A DNA stretch of 64,000 nucleotides, from assembly GCA_000997385.1 (NCBI GenBank), contig LCBT01000003.1, positions 192,892 through 256,891 of the forward strand, in the 5' to 3' direction. The notes beneath the pieces were generated by a model, which was not told the DNA's origin, made no database searches, and was given only the letters and a program-made list of their open reading frames with translations. Of this stretch, positions 39,420 through 48,776 are shown one piece after another (position 1 is the stretch's first letter; every line of letters starts with the position of its first letter). The translations under genes were made by a program, and so were the position numbers. Source of the DNA: Candidatus Daviesbacteria bacterium GW2011_GWA1_41_61. GTDB taxonomy: Bacteria > Patescibacteriota > Microgenomatia > Daviesbacterales > UBA10151.

Positions 39420-41627
39420 ATGCCCAGATTAAGGTTGCGCTTCAAATTCATCCTTTTACTCCTTAGTCTTGCAGTTATACCTCTATTGTTAGTTTCAATT
39501 CTTAACATATACAACCTTCAAAAAGCGGAAAAGAATAACAGTTTAAACTTAGAAAATAAAGTTGCCCAGCTTGTTACCGAACAAGTCAAATCATTTATCT
39601 CTATGCAACTTTCTGTACTGAAAGGAATCGATACTACTTTTTCGCACTTGCTTACTAAACAATTAAAAGATGAGTTCATGGATATATTTTTGTTTAAAAA
39701 TCCCAACTTTGTCGATATTGCAATACTTGATAAAACCGGTAATGAAATTATCCACAAAAACGCTATTAAGATCTTTGACGAAAAAGATTTAACAAATCGG
39801 AAAAATTCACCCGAGTTTGCCCAGATTGAAAAATCCCGTTATTTTATCGGATCTCTTTATTTTGAAAACGGAATACCTTATATGCAAATCGGACGACAAC
39901 TCCTTGATCACGATGGGCAGTTTAGCGGAGCAATTATTGGAGTAATCGACGTTCGTATATTTCAAGACGTAGTCAAAGAAATTGCTTCTTCTAATAATAG
40001 TCAAGTATATATCGTTGACCAAAATGGCGTTGTAGTTGCTCATTCCGATATCTCGGTAGTTTTAGCTCAAAAGAATTATTCAAAAATTCCTGCTATTGAT
40101 AAGATTATTAATCATAATGAAGAAATAAATAGTTTGGATTTATATACCAATGACCAAAACCAGCAGGTTATTGGTTTAGCTTTTCCGATTAAATTAAATA
40201 TAGATTTGGTGTCTAATGAGATTTTAGATACCCGTCTAATAGCAGTCAGCGAACAATTAGGCTCAGTTGCTTTATATCCAGTGGAACAAATAACCAGATT
40301 TAGTTCCGTAGCCTTAATTTTAGTCATATTAAGTTCAATATTTATGACTTTGATCTACAGCAATATTATTATTTCACCGATTGAAAAAGTTCATATGGCT
40401 GCCAAAAAACTAGGGCTAGGTGATTTTGAAGCCCGAGTTAGTATTAATACCAAAGATGAAATTGAAGATCTGGCTAACAGTTTCAACCAAATGGCTGGAA
40501 GTCTAAAAAAATCTATTTTTAACCTGGAACAAGACCGCCAATTAATCGCCGCTGAACGGAATAAACTGCAAGTAGTTTTATCAGGTATCAGCGATGCTGT
40601 TATTGCAGTGGATTTACAATGGCAAATTATTTTGGTAAATAAAGCAGCACTTACTTTAACCGGTTTGGCTGCAAAACAATTATTAGGCAATAAACTCACA
40701 ACAGTAGTTAAAGTCGAAGATAGCGAGAACCAAATTATTCCGATTACCAGCTATTGTCCAATTAGAACCGATAATTTTGAAGGGGTAACCTTTAACCAAG
40801 ATAAATTGAAGGTTATAACTGCCAAAAGAGAGTTCGTTGCTAATTTAATTGCTTCGCAAATTAAAGAAGGTCCCAAGGTAAATATGGGAGGAATTTTAAC
40901 TTTCCATGATGTTAGCGAACAGTCGCAATTAGAAGAGATGAAACTTGATTTCGTTTCTATGGCAGCCCATGAACTCCGGACACCGCTAACCTCCATCAAA
41001 GGTTATTTGCACATCTTCCTCCGAGACTATGCAAAATCTATGGATCCAGAGCAAACTTCTATTTTATCCAGAATTGGTATCTCTACCCAAAAACTGGTTT
41101 CTTTGGTCGAAAACTTATTGAATGTTTCAAGAATAGAAAAAGGGGATCTTACTTTAAGTCTGCTCCCGCTTGATTGGGTTAAAAATATTTATGAGGTAGT
41201 TGCAGAAATAATTAATCAGGCAAACGATAAAAAAATCACACTTGAGTTTATTAAACCTCAACAATCCTCTATAAATGTAATAGCAGACAAATTCCGTATT
41301 AATGAAGTATTAACAAATCTTTTAGCAAACGCCATCACTTATACCTCGCCCGGGGGCAAAATTACTGTATGGCTGGAAAGAAAAGGCAATGAAGTCATCA
41401 CCCATATCCAAGATACAGGAGAAGGTATTCCCAAAGATGCACTTCCTCACCTATTTACTAAGTTTTTCAGGGTTTCAGGAACCTTGGAACAAGGTTCAAA
41501 AGGAACAGGATTGGGTTTGTATATTGCAAAATCTGTTGTGCAGTTACATAAAGGCAAAATTTGGGTAAACTCGGAACTTGGAAAAGGCTCTACTTTTAGT
41601 TTCAGCCTTCATTGTACAAATTCTTAA
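39420..41627 (+). CDS. sensor histidine kinase (dCache-HAMP-PAS-HisKA-HATPase)
   Basis: Two TMs; DEIEDLANSFNQM; AHELRTPL; NLLANAI; DTGEGI; GTGLGL. Confidence 0.95.
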   Translation: MPRLRLRFKFILLLLSLAVIPLLLVSILNIYNLQKAEKNNSLNLENKVAQLVTEQVKSFISMQLSVLKGIDTTFSHLLTKQLKDEFMDIFLFKNPNFVDIAILDKTGNEIIHKNAIKIFDEKDLTNRKNSPEFAQIEKSRYFIGSLYFENGIPYMQIGRQLLDHDGQFSGAIIGVIDVRIFQDVVKEIASSNNSQVYIVDQNGVVVAHSDISVVLAQKNYSKIPAIDKIINHNEEINSLDLYTNDQNQQVIGLAFPIKLNIDLVSNEILDTRLIAVSEQLGSVALYPVEQITRFSSVALILVILSSIFMTLIYSNIIISPIEKVHMAAKKLGLGDFEARVSINTKDEIEDLANSFNQMAGSLKKSIFNLEQDRQLIAAERNKLQVVLSGISDAVIAVDLQWQIILVNKAALTLTGLAAKQLLGNKLTTVVKVEDSENQIIPITSYCPIRTDNFEGVTFNQDKLKVITAKREFVANLIASQIKEGPKVNMGGILTFHDVSEQSQLEEMKLDFVSMAAHELRTPLTSIKGYLHIFLRDYAKSMDPEQTSILSRIGISTQKLVSLVENLLNVSRIEKGDLTLSLLPLDWVKNIYEVVAEIINQANDKKITLEFIKPQQSSINVIADKFRINEVLTNLLANAITYTSPGGKITVWLERKGNEVITHIQDTGEGIPKDALPHLFTKFFRVSGTLEQGSKGTGLGLYIAKSVVQLHKGKIWVNSELGKGSTFSFSLHCTNS

Positions 41628-41631
41628 ACTA

Positions 41632-42036
41632 ATGAAAAAAATTCTTTTAATTGAGGATGAATTTTATATACTCGACCTATACAGGATAATCCTGGAAAAA
41701 GCGGGTTTTGAGGTCCTTTTGGCAGAAGACGGAGAAAAAGGTTACAACTTAGCACAAAACTTACCTAATTTGATTCTTTTGGATATAATGCTTCCAAAAA
41801 TGAATGGAATAATACTTTTAAAAAAGCTTAAAGAAGAAGATCTAACAAAAAATATTCCTGTAGTGCTTCTCAGTAACTTAGGACAGGAAGAGGTTATCAA
41901 GACCGCTTTTGACAGCGGGGCATCAGGGTACTTCTTAAAAGTAAGACTTAGCCCAGACGAGCTTGTTAAAAAAGTTAACATCTTTATAGAAAATCCAAAT
42001 TTTAAAATGGACCATAAGACTCTGGTATTTGACTGA
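41632..42036 (+). CDS. stand-alone receiver-domain response regulator
   Basis: LLIEDE, LLDIMLP, LSN, K; ATG 41632. Confidence 0.92.
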   Translation: MKKILLIEDEFYILDLYRIILEKAGFEVLLAEDGEKGYNLAQNLPNLILLDIMLPKMNGIILLKKLKEEDLTKNIPVVLLSNLGQEEVIKTAFDSGASGYFLKVRLSPDELVKKVNIFIENPNFKMDHKTLVFD

Positions 42037-42062
42037 TTAAATATCTATAATAGTTTATAGAC

Positions 42063-42455
42063 ATGGAAAAGAAAATTTTACTAATAGAAGATGACTTATT
42101 CATTCGGGAGATGTATGAGTCTGAACTCAAAAGAGCAGGCTACAAGATTACGGCATGTTCTTTGGGTGAAGATGGAATCAAAGCATTACAAAAGGATCGT
42201 TTTGATTTGGTTCTTTTAGACATTATGCTCCCTGGTGTAAATGGTTTAGATATTTTAAAACAAATTAAACAAAATCCTCAAACTAAAGATATAAAAGTTG
42301 TACTTTTAACAAATTTAGGACAAGAAACAGTTATGAAAACAGGGTTTGACCTTGGGGCAGCCGGATATCTAATTAAATCTTCTTACAGCCCTGATCAGGT
42401 CATTTCGGAAATTGCTAACTTTTTAAAAGATCCCACCTCTTATTTAGAAAGTTAA
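42063..42455 (+). CDS. stand-alone receiver-domain response regulator
   Basis: LLIEDD, LLDIMLP, LTN, K. Confidence 0.93.
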   Translation: MEKKILLIEDDLFIREMYESELKRAGYKITACSLGEDGIKALQKDRFDLVLLDIMLPGVNGLDILKQIKQNPQTKDIKVVLLTNLGQETVMKTGFDLGAAGYLIKSSYSPDQVISEIANFLKDPTSYLES

Positions 42456-42487
42456 CTCCAAGTATACATATCTAGGAAAAATCTATC

Positions 42488-43246
42488 TTAATCCTTCTCC
42501 TTATCATCATCTGAATCACTACTGCTTGAGCCACTCCCACTATTACTACCAGAGTTCAAGCCAGAGCTACTACTGCCTGAATTGCTATTTGAAAAACTAT
42601 CATCATTATCTTCATCTTTCTCATCATCTTTTTCCTCTTCCTCTTCTTCATTCTCATCATCAGAGTTATTAAGCTGCCCGTCATCTTCCAAATCATCGAG
42701 GTCGTCACTGACTAACTCTGCTGATTCAGTTACTTCTTTTTCAAAGAGTTTGATTTTTGCTTTTATTTGACCATCTTCAATTTTTATTTCAACTTTGCGG
42801 ATTAATCCTTGATGAGTAGCAAGAAGAGTTTGTAACTCAGTAAGAAGTGCCTGAAGGTCAGTAGATTGCAGTTTAATTTTATTTTCCTTGAATTTTACTT
42901 CAACATTTCTTACAGCAACAGTTGCGTTACTAAGTGCTTGTTGCACTTCGGGCACAGCAGGATCGACTGGGTTATTGGTACTTGCAAGTGTTTGGAGTTC
43001 GTCAAGTCGTTCGCCAGCAATCTCTAAACGAATTTTTGCTTTTGCTTCATCTCCAGGTGTAAAAGTAACTCGCATTTCTTCAACTGTCTTATCAAGCCCA
43101 AATAGCGTATCACCCGGATTACTATTATTAGAAGCGGCGACAGCCCCAACGCCTGTAATTCCTACAGCAGCCATAATGAGAAGAAGAATAGCAGGTACAA
43201 AACCTCGTTGGTTGGACAGTAAATTTTTCATATCAATAAATCTCAA
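42488..43246 (-). CDS. DUF5667-like membrane-anchored protein with acidic/Ser tail
   Basis: SNPGDTLFGLDKTVE...AGERLDE; QRGF followed by a hydrophobic leader. Confidence 0.7.
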   Translation of the reverse strand: MRFIDMKNLLSNQRGFVPAILLLIMAAVGITGVGAVAASNNSNPGDTLFGLDKTVEEMRVTFTPGDEAKAKIRLEIAGERLDELQTLASTNNPVDPAVPEVQQALSNATVAVRNVEVKFKENKIKLQSTDLQALLTELQTLLATHQGLIRKVEIKIEDGQIKAKIKLFEKEVTESAELVSDDLDDLEDDGQLNNSDDENEEEEEEKDDEKDEDNDDSFSNSNSGSSSSGLNSGSNSGSGSSSSDSDDDKEKD

Positions 43247-43301
43247 TATACCATACCAGAATTTGTTATTATATTCAACATTTCTGCTATACTATTAAAT
43301 T

Positions 43302-43814
43302 ATGGACAATAACATCACCCAGCAAAACTCATTAACTGCTGATTATCATAGTGATGGTAAAATATATAAATTCAGGTATTATGAGCTGGCCAATTATGAC
43401 CACCTAGACCGTGCCAGAATAAGACAAGTTTATGGTGTATGTTTTTATCAAGACAAAATGGTAATTGTATTAAATGGCAAGAAACAAACTTGGGGATTAG
43501 CGGGCGGTACGCTTAGAATAGGTGAGAGTATTGAAGAAACTCTAAAAAGAGAGGTTGAGGAAGAATCTAATATGCAGGTTTTAAAATGGCGACCCATTGG
43601 GGTACAAGAGGTGACGGACCCTAACGGTAATCTCTACTACCAACTTAGAGTAGTTTGTAAAGTTAAACCTGTTGGGGAGTTCCTATCAGATCCAGCAGGC
43701 ACTATTACTGAAATAAAACTCATTAACCCTATAGATTACATCACCTACTTTAATTGGGGAGAAATTGGAGAAAAGATAATCCAAAGAGCAGTTCAACTTA
43801 GACCCAAATTGTAA
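43302..43814 (+). CDS. NUDIX hydrolase
   Basis: GGTLRIGESIEETLKREVEEE Nudix box. Confidence 0.9.
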   Translation: MDNNITQQNSLTADYHSDGKIYKFRYYELANYDHLDRARIRQVYGVCFYQDKMVIVLNGKKQTWGLAGGTLRIGESIEETLKREVEEESNMQVLKWRPIGVQEVTDPNGNLYYQLRVVCKVKPVGEFLSDPAGTITEIKLINPIDYITYFNWGEIGEKIIQRAVQLRPKL

Positions 43815-44084
43815 TTAAACGTTCTGAAGTTATCCGTAATTCCTACCACCAAAAATCTCTCCCAGAGCCCAGATTACTCCAGGTGGTACAGTGTCTAAGG
43901 CAATATCAAAAAAAGGTTTTCCATTGAAAAAGTCACTTGTAGCTTGCTCTCTAACCACACAGCTAAAAGGAGTGCTGTCAGCATCAATTCTAAATTGTAT
44001 AGAGGATATTTGTATTGTCAAGAATTAAAACCAAAGCCAATTTTCCGGGTTAACTGACAGGGGGAAAAGTGATAAAATTAGCCT

Positions 44085-44633
44085 ATGCCCCTACTGCTCG
44101 GCAATCTATCCTGGATGTCTTTAAATATATTTTTAGCCCTGATGGGGCTTTTCTTTAGCTTTTTTTTAAACACTAAAAATTCCTTATTTAAAGCTATTCT
44201 TTTTATTTTATGGTTCCTTTTTATCCCCAATACCATCTATCTCTTAACTGACATCCAGTATTTCCCGGAACAATTTTTTAGGTTGGAGTTTATCAGTCAA
44301 ATAATGCTGATTATTCAGTATGCCCTTCTTCTCTCGGTGGGAATTATTACTTATTATCTGGGTTTTTATAATTTTGAAAAGTTTATTAAAAAATCCGGCC
44401 TCAAATTTTTGGCCTTCTTTACTTTAATTATTTTTAATTATTTAATAGCCTTTGGAGTAGTTTTGGGGAAACTGGAAAGGATCCATTCCTGGTTTGTTTT
44501 TACCAGCCCTCAAAAAGTCATAGCCAGCAGCCTAAGTTTATTAAATTTTGAAACACTCTTTCTAGTTTTATTTTTTGGCTCAGCCTTTAATGTCCTTTAT
44601 TTTCTGCTGAAGAGAAGATTTAATGTTAGGTAA
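44085..44633 (+). CDS. DUF1361-like membrane protein
   Basis: NIFLA, WFLFIPNTIYLLTD, LGKLERIHSW. Confidence 0.82.
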   Translation: MPLLLGNLSWMSLNIFLALMGLFFSFFLNTKNSLFKAILFILWFLFIPNTIYLLTDIQYFPEQFFRLEFISQIMLIIQYALLLSVGIITYYLGFYNFEKFIKKSGLKFLAFFTLIIFNYLIAFGVVLGKLERIHSWFVFTSPQKVIASSLSLLNFETLFLVLFFGSAFNVLYFLLKRRFNVR

Positions 44634-44634
44634 G

Positions 44635-44910
44635 TTATCTTAATGAATCAATGATTTCTTCCAGGGGTTTGAAATCATCACTTTGGATTTGGGGGTTTAT
44701 TAACTCTAACTCCTTTTTTAAATCTGTAGAGCTGTCAAAATTAAACTGTAAAGGGGTGGGAGTAGGAGTTGGGGTAACTTTAGCCTGAGTTGGGGTATTA
44801 CTTTTGGGGTTGACTGATTTTTGGGGACTATCTTTTAAAATAGTGACAGAACTTAGATAACCAATCGTTGCCAGTCCTATTAAGATAAAAAGGAGTAATT
44901 TAATTTTCAT
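44635..44910 (-). CDS. hypothetical membrane-anchored protein
   Basis: N-terminal TM and PT-rich linker. Confidence 0.7.
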   Translation of the reverse strand: MKIKLLLFILIGLATIGYLSSVTILKDSPQKSVNPKSNTPTQAKVTPTPTPTPLQFNFDSSTDLKKELELINPQIQSDDFKPLEEIIDSLR

Positions 44911-45433
44911 AGTAATCTACAGCCTTTTTAACTTCCAGTTTAGCCCTTAAAATTTTTCCTTTAACAGTTTTTAAATTGCCATTCAAATTATTTAAACTTA
45001 ATTTTAAAGCCCTGTCTAAACTGCCCTGTCCTATTTGAGGAGTATAATCCTGTATTTTTTGATAAGCTATAGCTTCAGCAGCATAGTTGAGATAATAAGC
45101 AGCAGAGTCCAAGGTGGTGTTACCCTGCCCGTAAGCTACAATAGTATCTGTTCTCCCCTGCCTTTCTTTTTCTTCCTCTAAGATAGCAGATAATCTATTG
45201 ATATCTTTATCAAACCTTAAAGACACCTGCTGGTTGATTTCATTTAACAACTGATCAGCTTTGATAACCTGCTCCCTTTTAAAAGGATCAGGGATTTTAG
45301 ATAAGTTACTTTCAAAAGCAGCTCTCTTGGCCTGGTAAAGATCATTAGGTGTTACCCTGGCTAAAATTTGGGTTGGAACTAAAAAAGTTAAAAAGATTAA
45401 TAAAAAAAATAACTTAAGGTTTTTTCTTATCAT
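44900..45433 (-). CDS. hypothetical secreted helical protein
   Basis: Signal peptide; overlaps the next gene. Confidence 0.75.
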   Translation of the reverse strand: MIRKNLKLFFLLIFLTFLVPTQILARVTPNDLYQAKRAAFESNLSKIPDPFKREQVIKADQLLNEINQQVSLRFDKDINRLSAILEEEKERQGRTDTIVAYGQGNTTLDSAAYYLNYAAEAIAYQKIQDYTPQIGQGSLDRALKLSLNNLNGNLKTVKGKILRAKLEVKKAVDYYEN

Positions 45434-45503
45434 AAAGTTTCCGCTTTTAACTCAGTAGAACAAATCATTAAACTGTTGTCAAGAATGTAGTATTATATAG
45501 TAG

Positions 45504-46142
45504 ATGATTAGAGGTTTTAGCCAGTTAGTGTTGATACTTTTAGGTGTTTTGTCTTTGGGTTTAATATTTGGGGGCTATTTAATATTTACCTCTCCAAAGT
45601 TAGCCCCCTTTGTAAGCCAGGCCTTTCCTCAACCTGGATTTCCTACTTTACCCCCTTCTCAAGTTTCTGTTGTCTCTCAAGCTGTGACTCCTACTCCTAC
45701 TTCTCAAGTAACAGTGGGAACTCCTTTCACACCAGGAGTTTTTAAAGGAGATCTAAGGTCCTTACCTACTTCTGTCCCACCGAGTATCACTCCTTATACA
45801 GGACAAGCTAATCAAATACAGATACAATTGACTAAAAGCGCCTATAGCCTGGGTGAGAAAATTGAGGTAACGGTAACCAATAACACAGGTAAACAGATCC
45901 CCTATCTTAATGGTCCTGGATGCGGGTTGACTTTTGAGCGTAAAACCAGCACTGGTTATCAGAGTCAGCAGATCAGTTCATCGGAGGGTTCAGCTGCTCC
46001 CTGTGTTACCATTAACCTGGCCGTAGGGGAGAAGAAAATGTTTACTGTCAAAATTGATGCCAATCCCCCAGCTGGCAGTTATAGAGCCAGTTTCCAATAT
46101 ATCTCTGGGACTATTTATTCCTCTGAGTTTACTATCAGTTAG
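45504..46142 (+). CDS. membrane-anchored protein with Ig-like C-terminal domain
   Basis: TM, P/T linker, YSLGEKIEVTVTN...GSYRA, Cys pair. Confidence 0.7.
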   Translation: MIRGFSQLVLILLGVLSLGLIFGGYLIFTSPKLAPFVSQAFPQPGFPTLPPSQVSVVSQAVTPTPTSQVTVGTPFTPGVFKGDLRSLPTSVPPSITPYTGQANQIQIQLTKSAYSLGEKIEVTVTNNTGKQIPYLNGPGCGLTFERKTSTGYQSQQISSSEGSAAPCVTINLAVGEKKMFTVKIDANPPAGSYRASFQYISGTIYSSEFTIS

Positions 46143-46210
46143 TTTTTACTGGGGTTGTTTGTAAGATAAATGATTGCAGGGGTTAAGGGATTTTGTTAAA
46201 CTAAGTTAAG

Positions 46211-46954
46211 ATGAGAGATTCATTAATCCGCTGGGCTTCAATTTTTGGTCTGTTTTTTGTCTTTCTTTTTCTCTATACCAGGTTAGCCGGGCCGGTTCCT
46301 TTTAATATCACCAGCGTTACCACTACTAAATCTGACACCTTTAATGTTACAGGAGAAGGAACTGCTGTCATTAAACCTGATATTGCGGTAGTTAGTGTGG
46401 GTATCCGGTCTAACGGCTCTACAGTTAAAGAGGCCCAGGATCAAATTAATAGTGTTATAAATAGGGTTTCGGAAGCTATTAAAAAATTGGGAGTTGATCC
46501 CAAAGATATTAAAACTACCAATTATAATATCAGTCCTGAGTATGATTTTAGAGGTGGTACTCAAAGGATTAGCGGTTATAGTGCCAGTACTAATTTACAG
46601 ATTAAGGTTAGGGATATTGATAAGGTTAACTCGGTTATTGATGAGGCCACTGTTAGTGGGGCAAATCAGGTGGGAGGGGTTACTTTTGATGTTGATGATA
46701 AAACCAAGGCAGAAGGTGAGGCTAGGGAACAAGCTGTAGCCGAGGCTAAAAGATCGGCGGAGCAAGCAGCTAAAATTGCCGGGTTTTCTTTAGGCAGATT
46801 AGTTAACTATACTGAAAATTTTGAGGGAGGCCCTATTCCCGTACCGCTTCGGATGGATGTTGCGATAGGGGCTCCGGCAGAGAAAGCTACCCAAATTGAA
46901 CCGGGCTCCTCAGAGATTAAAGTGATAGTTACCTTAAGCTACGAAATCAGGTAG
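46211..46954 (+). CDS. SIMPL/DUF541 family protein
   Basis: VTGEG..IKPDIA, DIKTTNYNISPEY, GANQVGG, REQAVAEAK. Confidence 0.9.
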   Translation: MRDSLIRWASIFGLFFVFLFLYTRLAGPVPFNITSVTTTKSDTFNVTGEGTAVIKPDIAVVSVGIRSNGSTVKEAQDQINSVINRVSEAIKKLGVDPKDIKTTNYNISPEYDFRGGTQRISGYSASTNLQIKVRDIDKVNSVIDEATVSGANQVGGVTFDVDDKTKAEGEAREQAVAEAKRSAEQAAKIAGFSLGRLVNYTENFEGGPIPVPLRMDVAIGAPAEKATQIEPGSSEIKVIVTLSYEIR

Positions 46955-47495
46955 GTTGGGCAAAAACTAGTAGTCTTTTTAAAGCTGTGCCTAGGGGGGT
47001 GCAGGTTTGAAGGATTAGCTGATCACCTTGATCTTCTTTTAAATATTGAACTTCATCTGGCCAAACCTCTTTTTTATCCACCACCTGATATTTATACTCC
47101 CGGCCCTCTTTATAGAGAAAGATATTATCACCAAGTTGGAGTTCTCCCAGCCTTAAAAAGGCGGTGTTGTATCTGGTCATCCTCCAGGGGACATCAGAAG
47201 AGTGGGCAAACAAAAAGATAGTTCTTCCTTCTCCCGGTAAAGCACTCCCACGAGCTTGAGCTACTCCCTGCTCCAAGGCCTTTCGATAGACAGCTTGACT
47301 GAAAGGATCAACATCTAAAATTATTGGGGCTTGAGCATTGATTTTGGGGATGTTGATGTAAAAGGAATTACTTACAGCCAAACTAACTGCTGGTGAGGAA
47401 GAATGAGGCAGATAGAGCCTTAAAAAGGGATAATAAGTGAAACCTAGAAGCAGTAGTGACAAGATAATCAATAAATTTCCTAAATTTTTCCTCAT
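46947..47495 (-). CDS. sortase
   Basis: N-terminal TM; LFAHSS (His), LQTCTP (Cys), KRL (Arg). Confidence 0.92.
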   Translation of the reverse strand: MRKNLGNLLIILSLLLLGFTYYPFLRLYLPHSSSPAVSLAVSNSFYINIPKINAQAPIILDVDPFSQAVYRKALEQGVAQARGSALPGEGRTIFLFAHSSDVPWRMTRYNTAFLRLGELQLGDNIFLYKEGREYKYQVVDKKEVWPDEVQYLKEDQGDQLILQTCTPLGTALKRLLVFAQPT

Positions 47496-47543
47496 AGAAA
47501 TATTTTAATCATCAAAAATCCCCTATTAAGGGGGTTTTAGTTA

Positions 47544-48698
47544 CTAAGGTTTAATTTTTCGAATCGATGGATCGCGTCCTGGATGAAAACGCAAGTACAG
47601 TCCTAGTAAGAACATTAAAGCACTGATGATGGTCAAGCCTAAGATGGTATAATCTCCGCTGATAGGTAAGACCTCCCCTTCCTCAGCGGCAGCTGCCAGG
47701 ACTTCACCGGCCGGTTGTTGTGGAGCGCTGACTGCAGCTTGTTGAGCAGCTGGTTGAGATGGCGGTTGAGCAGGAGGTTGGGCAGGCTGCTCTTTTTCCT
47801 CCTTTTCCTCATGAGGAGTAATAATGGCCTCTTCTTCCGGACCAATTCTGACTAACTTAATGTTCATCGGACCATTTTCTATGATTGCCTCAAAATCAAT
47901 ATCCCCTGTCTTAATTGATACATCTCCCGAGTTTCCTTCAGCCTCATTATTTCCGGTGTCAGCATCGATATCGACTTCGTCTTCAACATCGGCTCTGTTA
48001 TCTAAAACTACACTAATGTCATTATCTTCATTAACTTTGATGGAGTTGTCAGAGTCTGAGCCATTATCAGCAACCTTTATTGAGATTTCCTTACAGCAAG
48101 ACTCGATATCAACTGAATCAATATTGATATTTTTACTTCTAATCTCTACCCGGCCTTCAATATCCCCGCTGTCAATGGAAACATCTCCGCTGTTTCTATT
48201 GGCGCTGTTACCGCCGGTATTGGCATTAACATCTATGTCATTATTAATTTCTGCCCGTTGATCTATCGAAACATTGGTTTGATTAGAACTGTTTATTTCA
48301 ATATTGTTGTCCGAATCTGAACCGTTGCCGGAAATAGTAGCTTCAGTGGGATTACTGCTGCAACAGGCAATATCAACTGTGGAAACGTTAGCTTGGTTAC
48401 TAACTTCAGTAGTAGTGTTGATATCTCCCGTTTGTATTGAGGCGTCACCCGAGTTGTCAGAGGCACTGTTATTACCACTGTCAGCTGCTTGCTGGACGTT
48501 ACTTCTGATATCAGCATTATTGGATTGTTCAACTGTGGTGTTGGTATCCGAACTTATGGAGATCTGATTGTCAGAGTCTGAGCCGTTACCGGTGATTATT
48601 AGCTCTTCTGCCTGAACATAGGGAGAAAATCCTACCATGATGATTAAAGTTAAAGTAATAGTTAATATCAGTCGGCTGTAACATTTTCCGGTTATCAT
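47544..48698 (-). CDS. secreted N/D/G/T-repeat protein with sortase sorting signal
   Basis: Signal peptide; 3 repeats; LPISG, TM and basic tail. Confidence 0.85.
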   Translation of the reverse strand: MITGKCYSRLILTITLTLIIMVGFSPYVQAEELIITGNGSDSDNQISISSDTNTTVEQSNNADIRSNVQQAADSGNNSASDNSGDASIQTGDINTTTEVSNQANVSTVDIACCSSNPTEATISGNGSDSDNNIEINSSNQTNVSIDQRAEINNDIDVNANTGGNSANRNSGDVSIDSGDIEGRVEIRSKNINIDSVDIESCCKEISIKVADNGSDSDNSIKVNEDNDISVVLDNRADVEDEVDIDADTGNNEAEGNSGDVSIKTGDIDFEAIIENGPMNIKLVRIGPEEEAIITPHEEKEEKEQPAQPPAQPPSQPAAQQAAVSAPQQPAGEVLAAAAEEGEVLPISGDYTILGLTIISALMFLLGLYLRFHPGRDPSIRKIKP

Positions 48699-48776
48699 TT
48701 CTTCTTTTACCTATATATTTTATGAAGCTCAGGTATTAAAAAGATTAAGGTAATGTAAGAAAAGTGTCACAATTGT

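Noticed and set aside
42488-42700. Low-complexity TCA/TCT-rich tract as a DNA tandem repeat
   Set aside because: Explained by the Asp/Glu/Ser-rich protein tail
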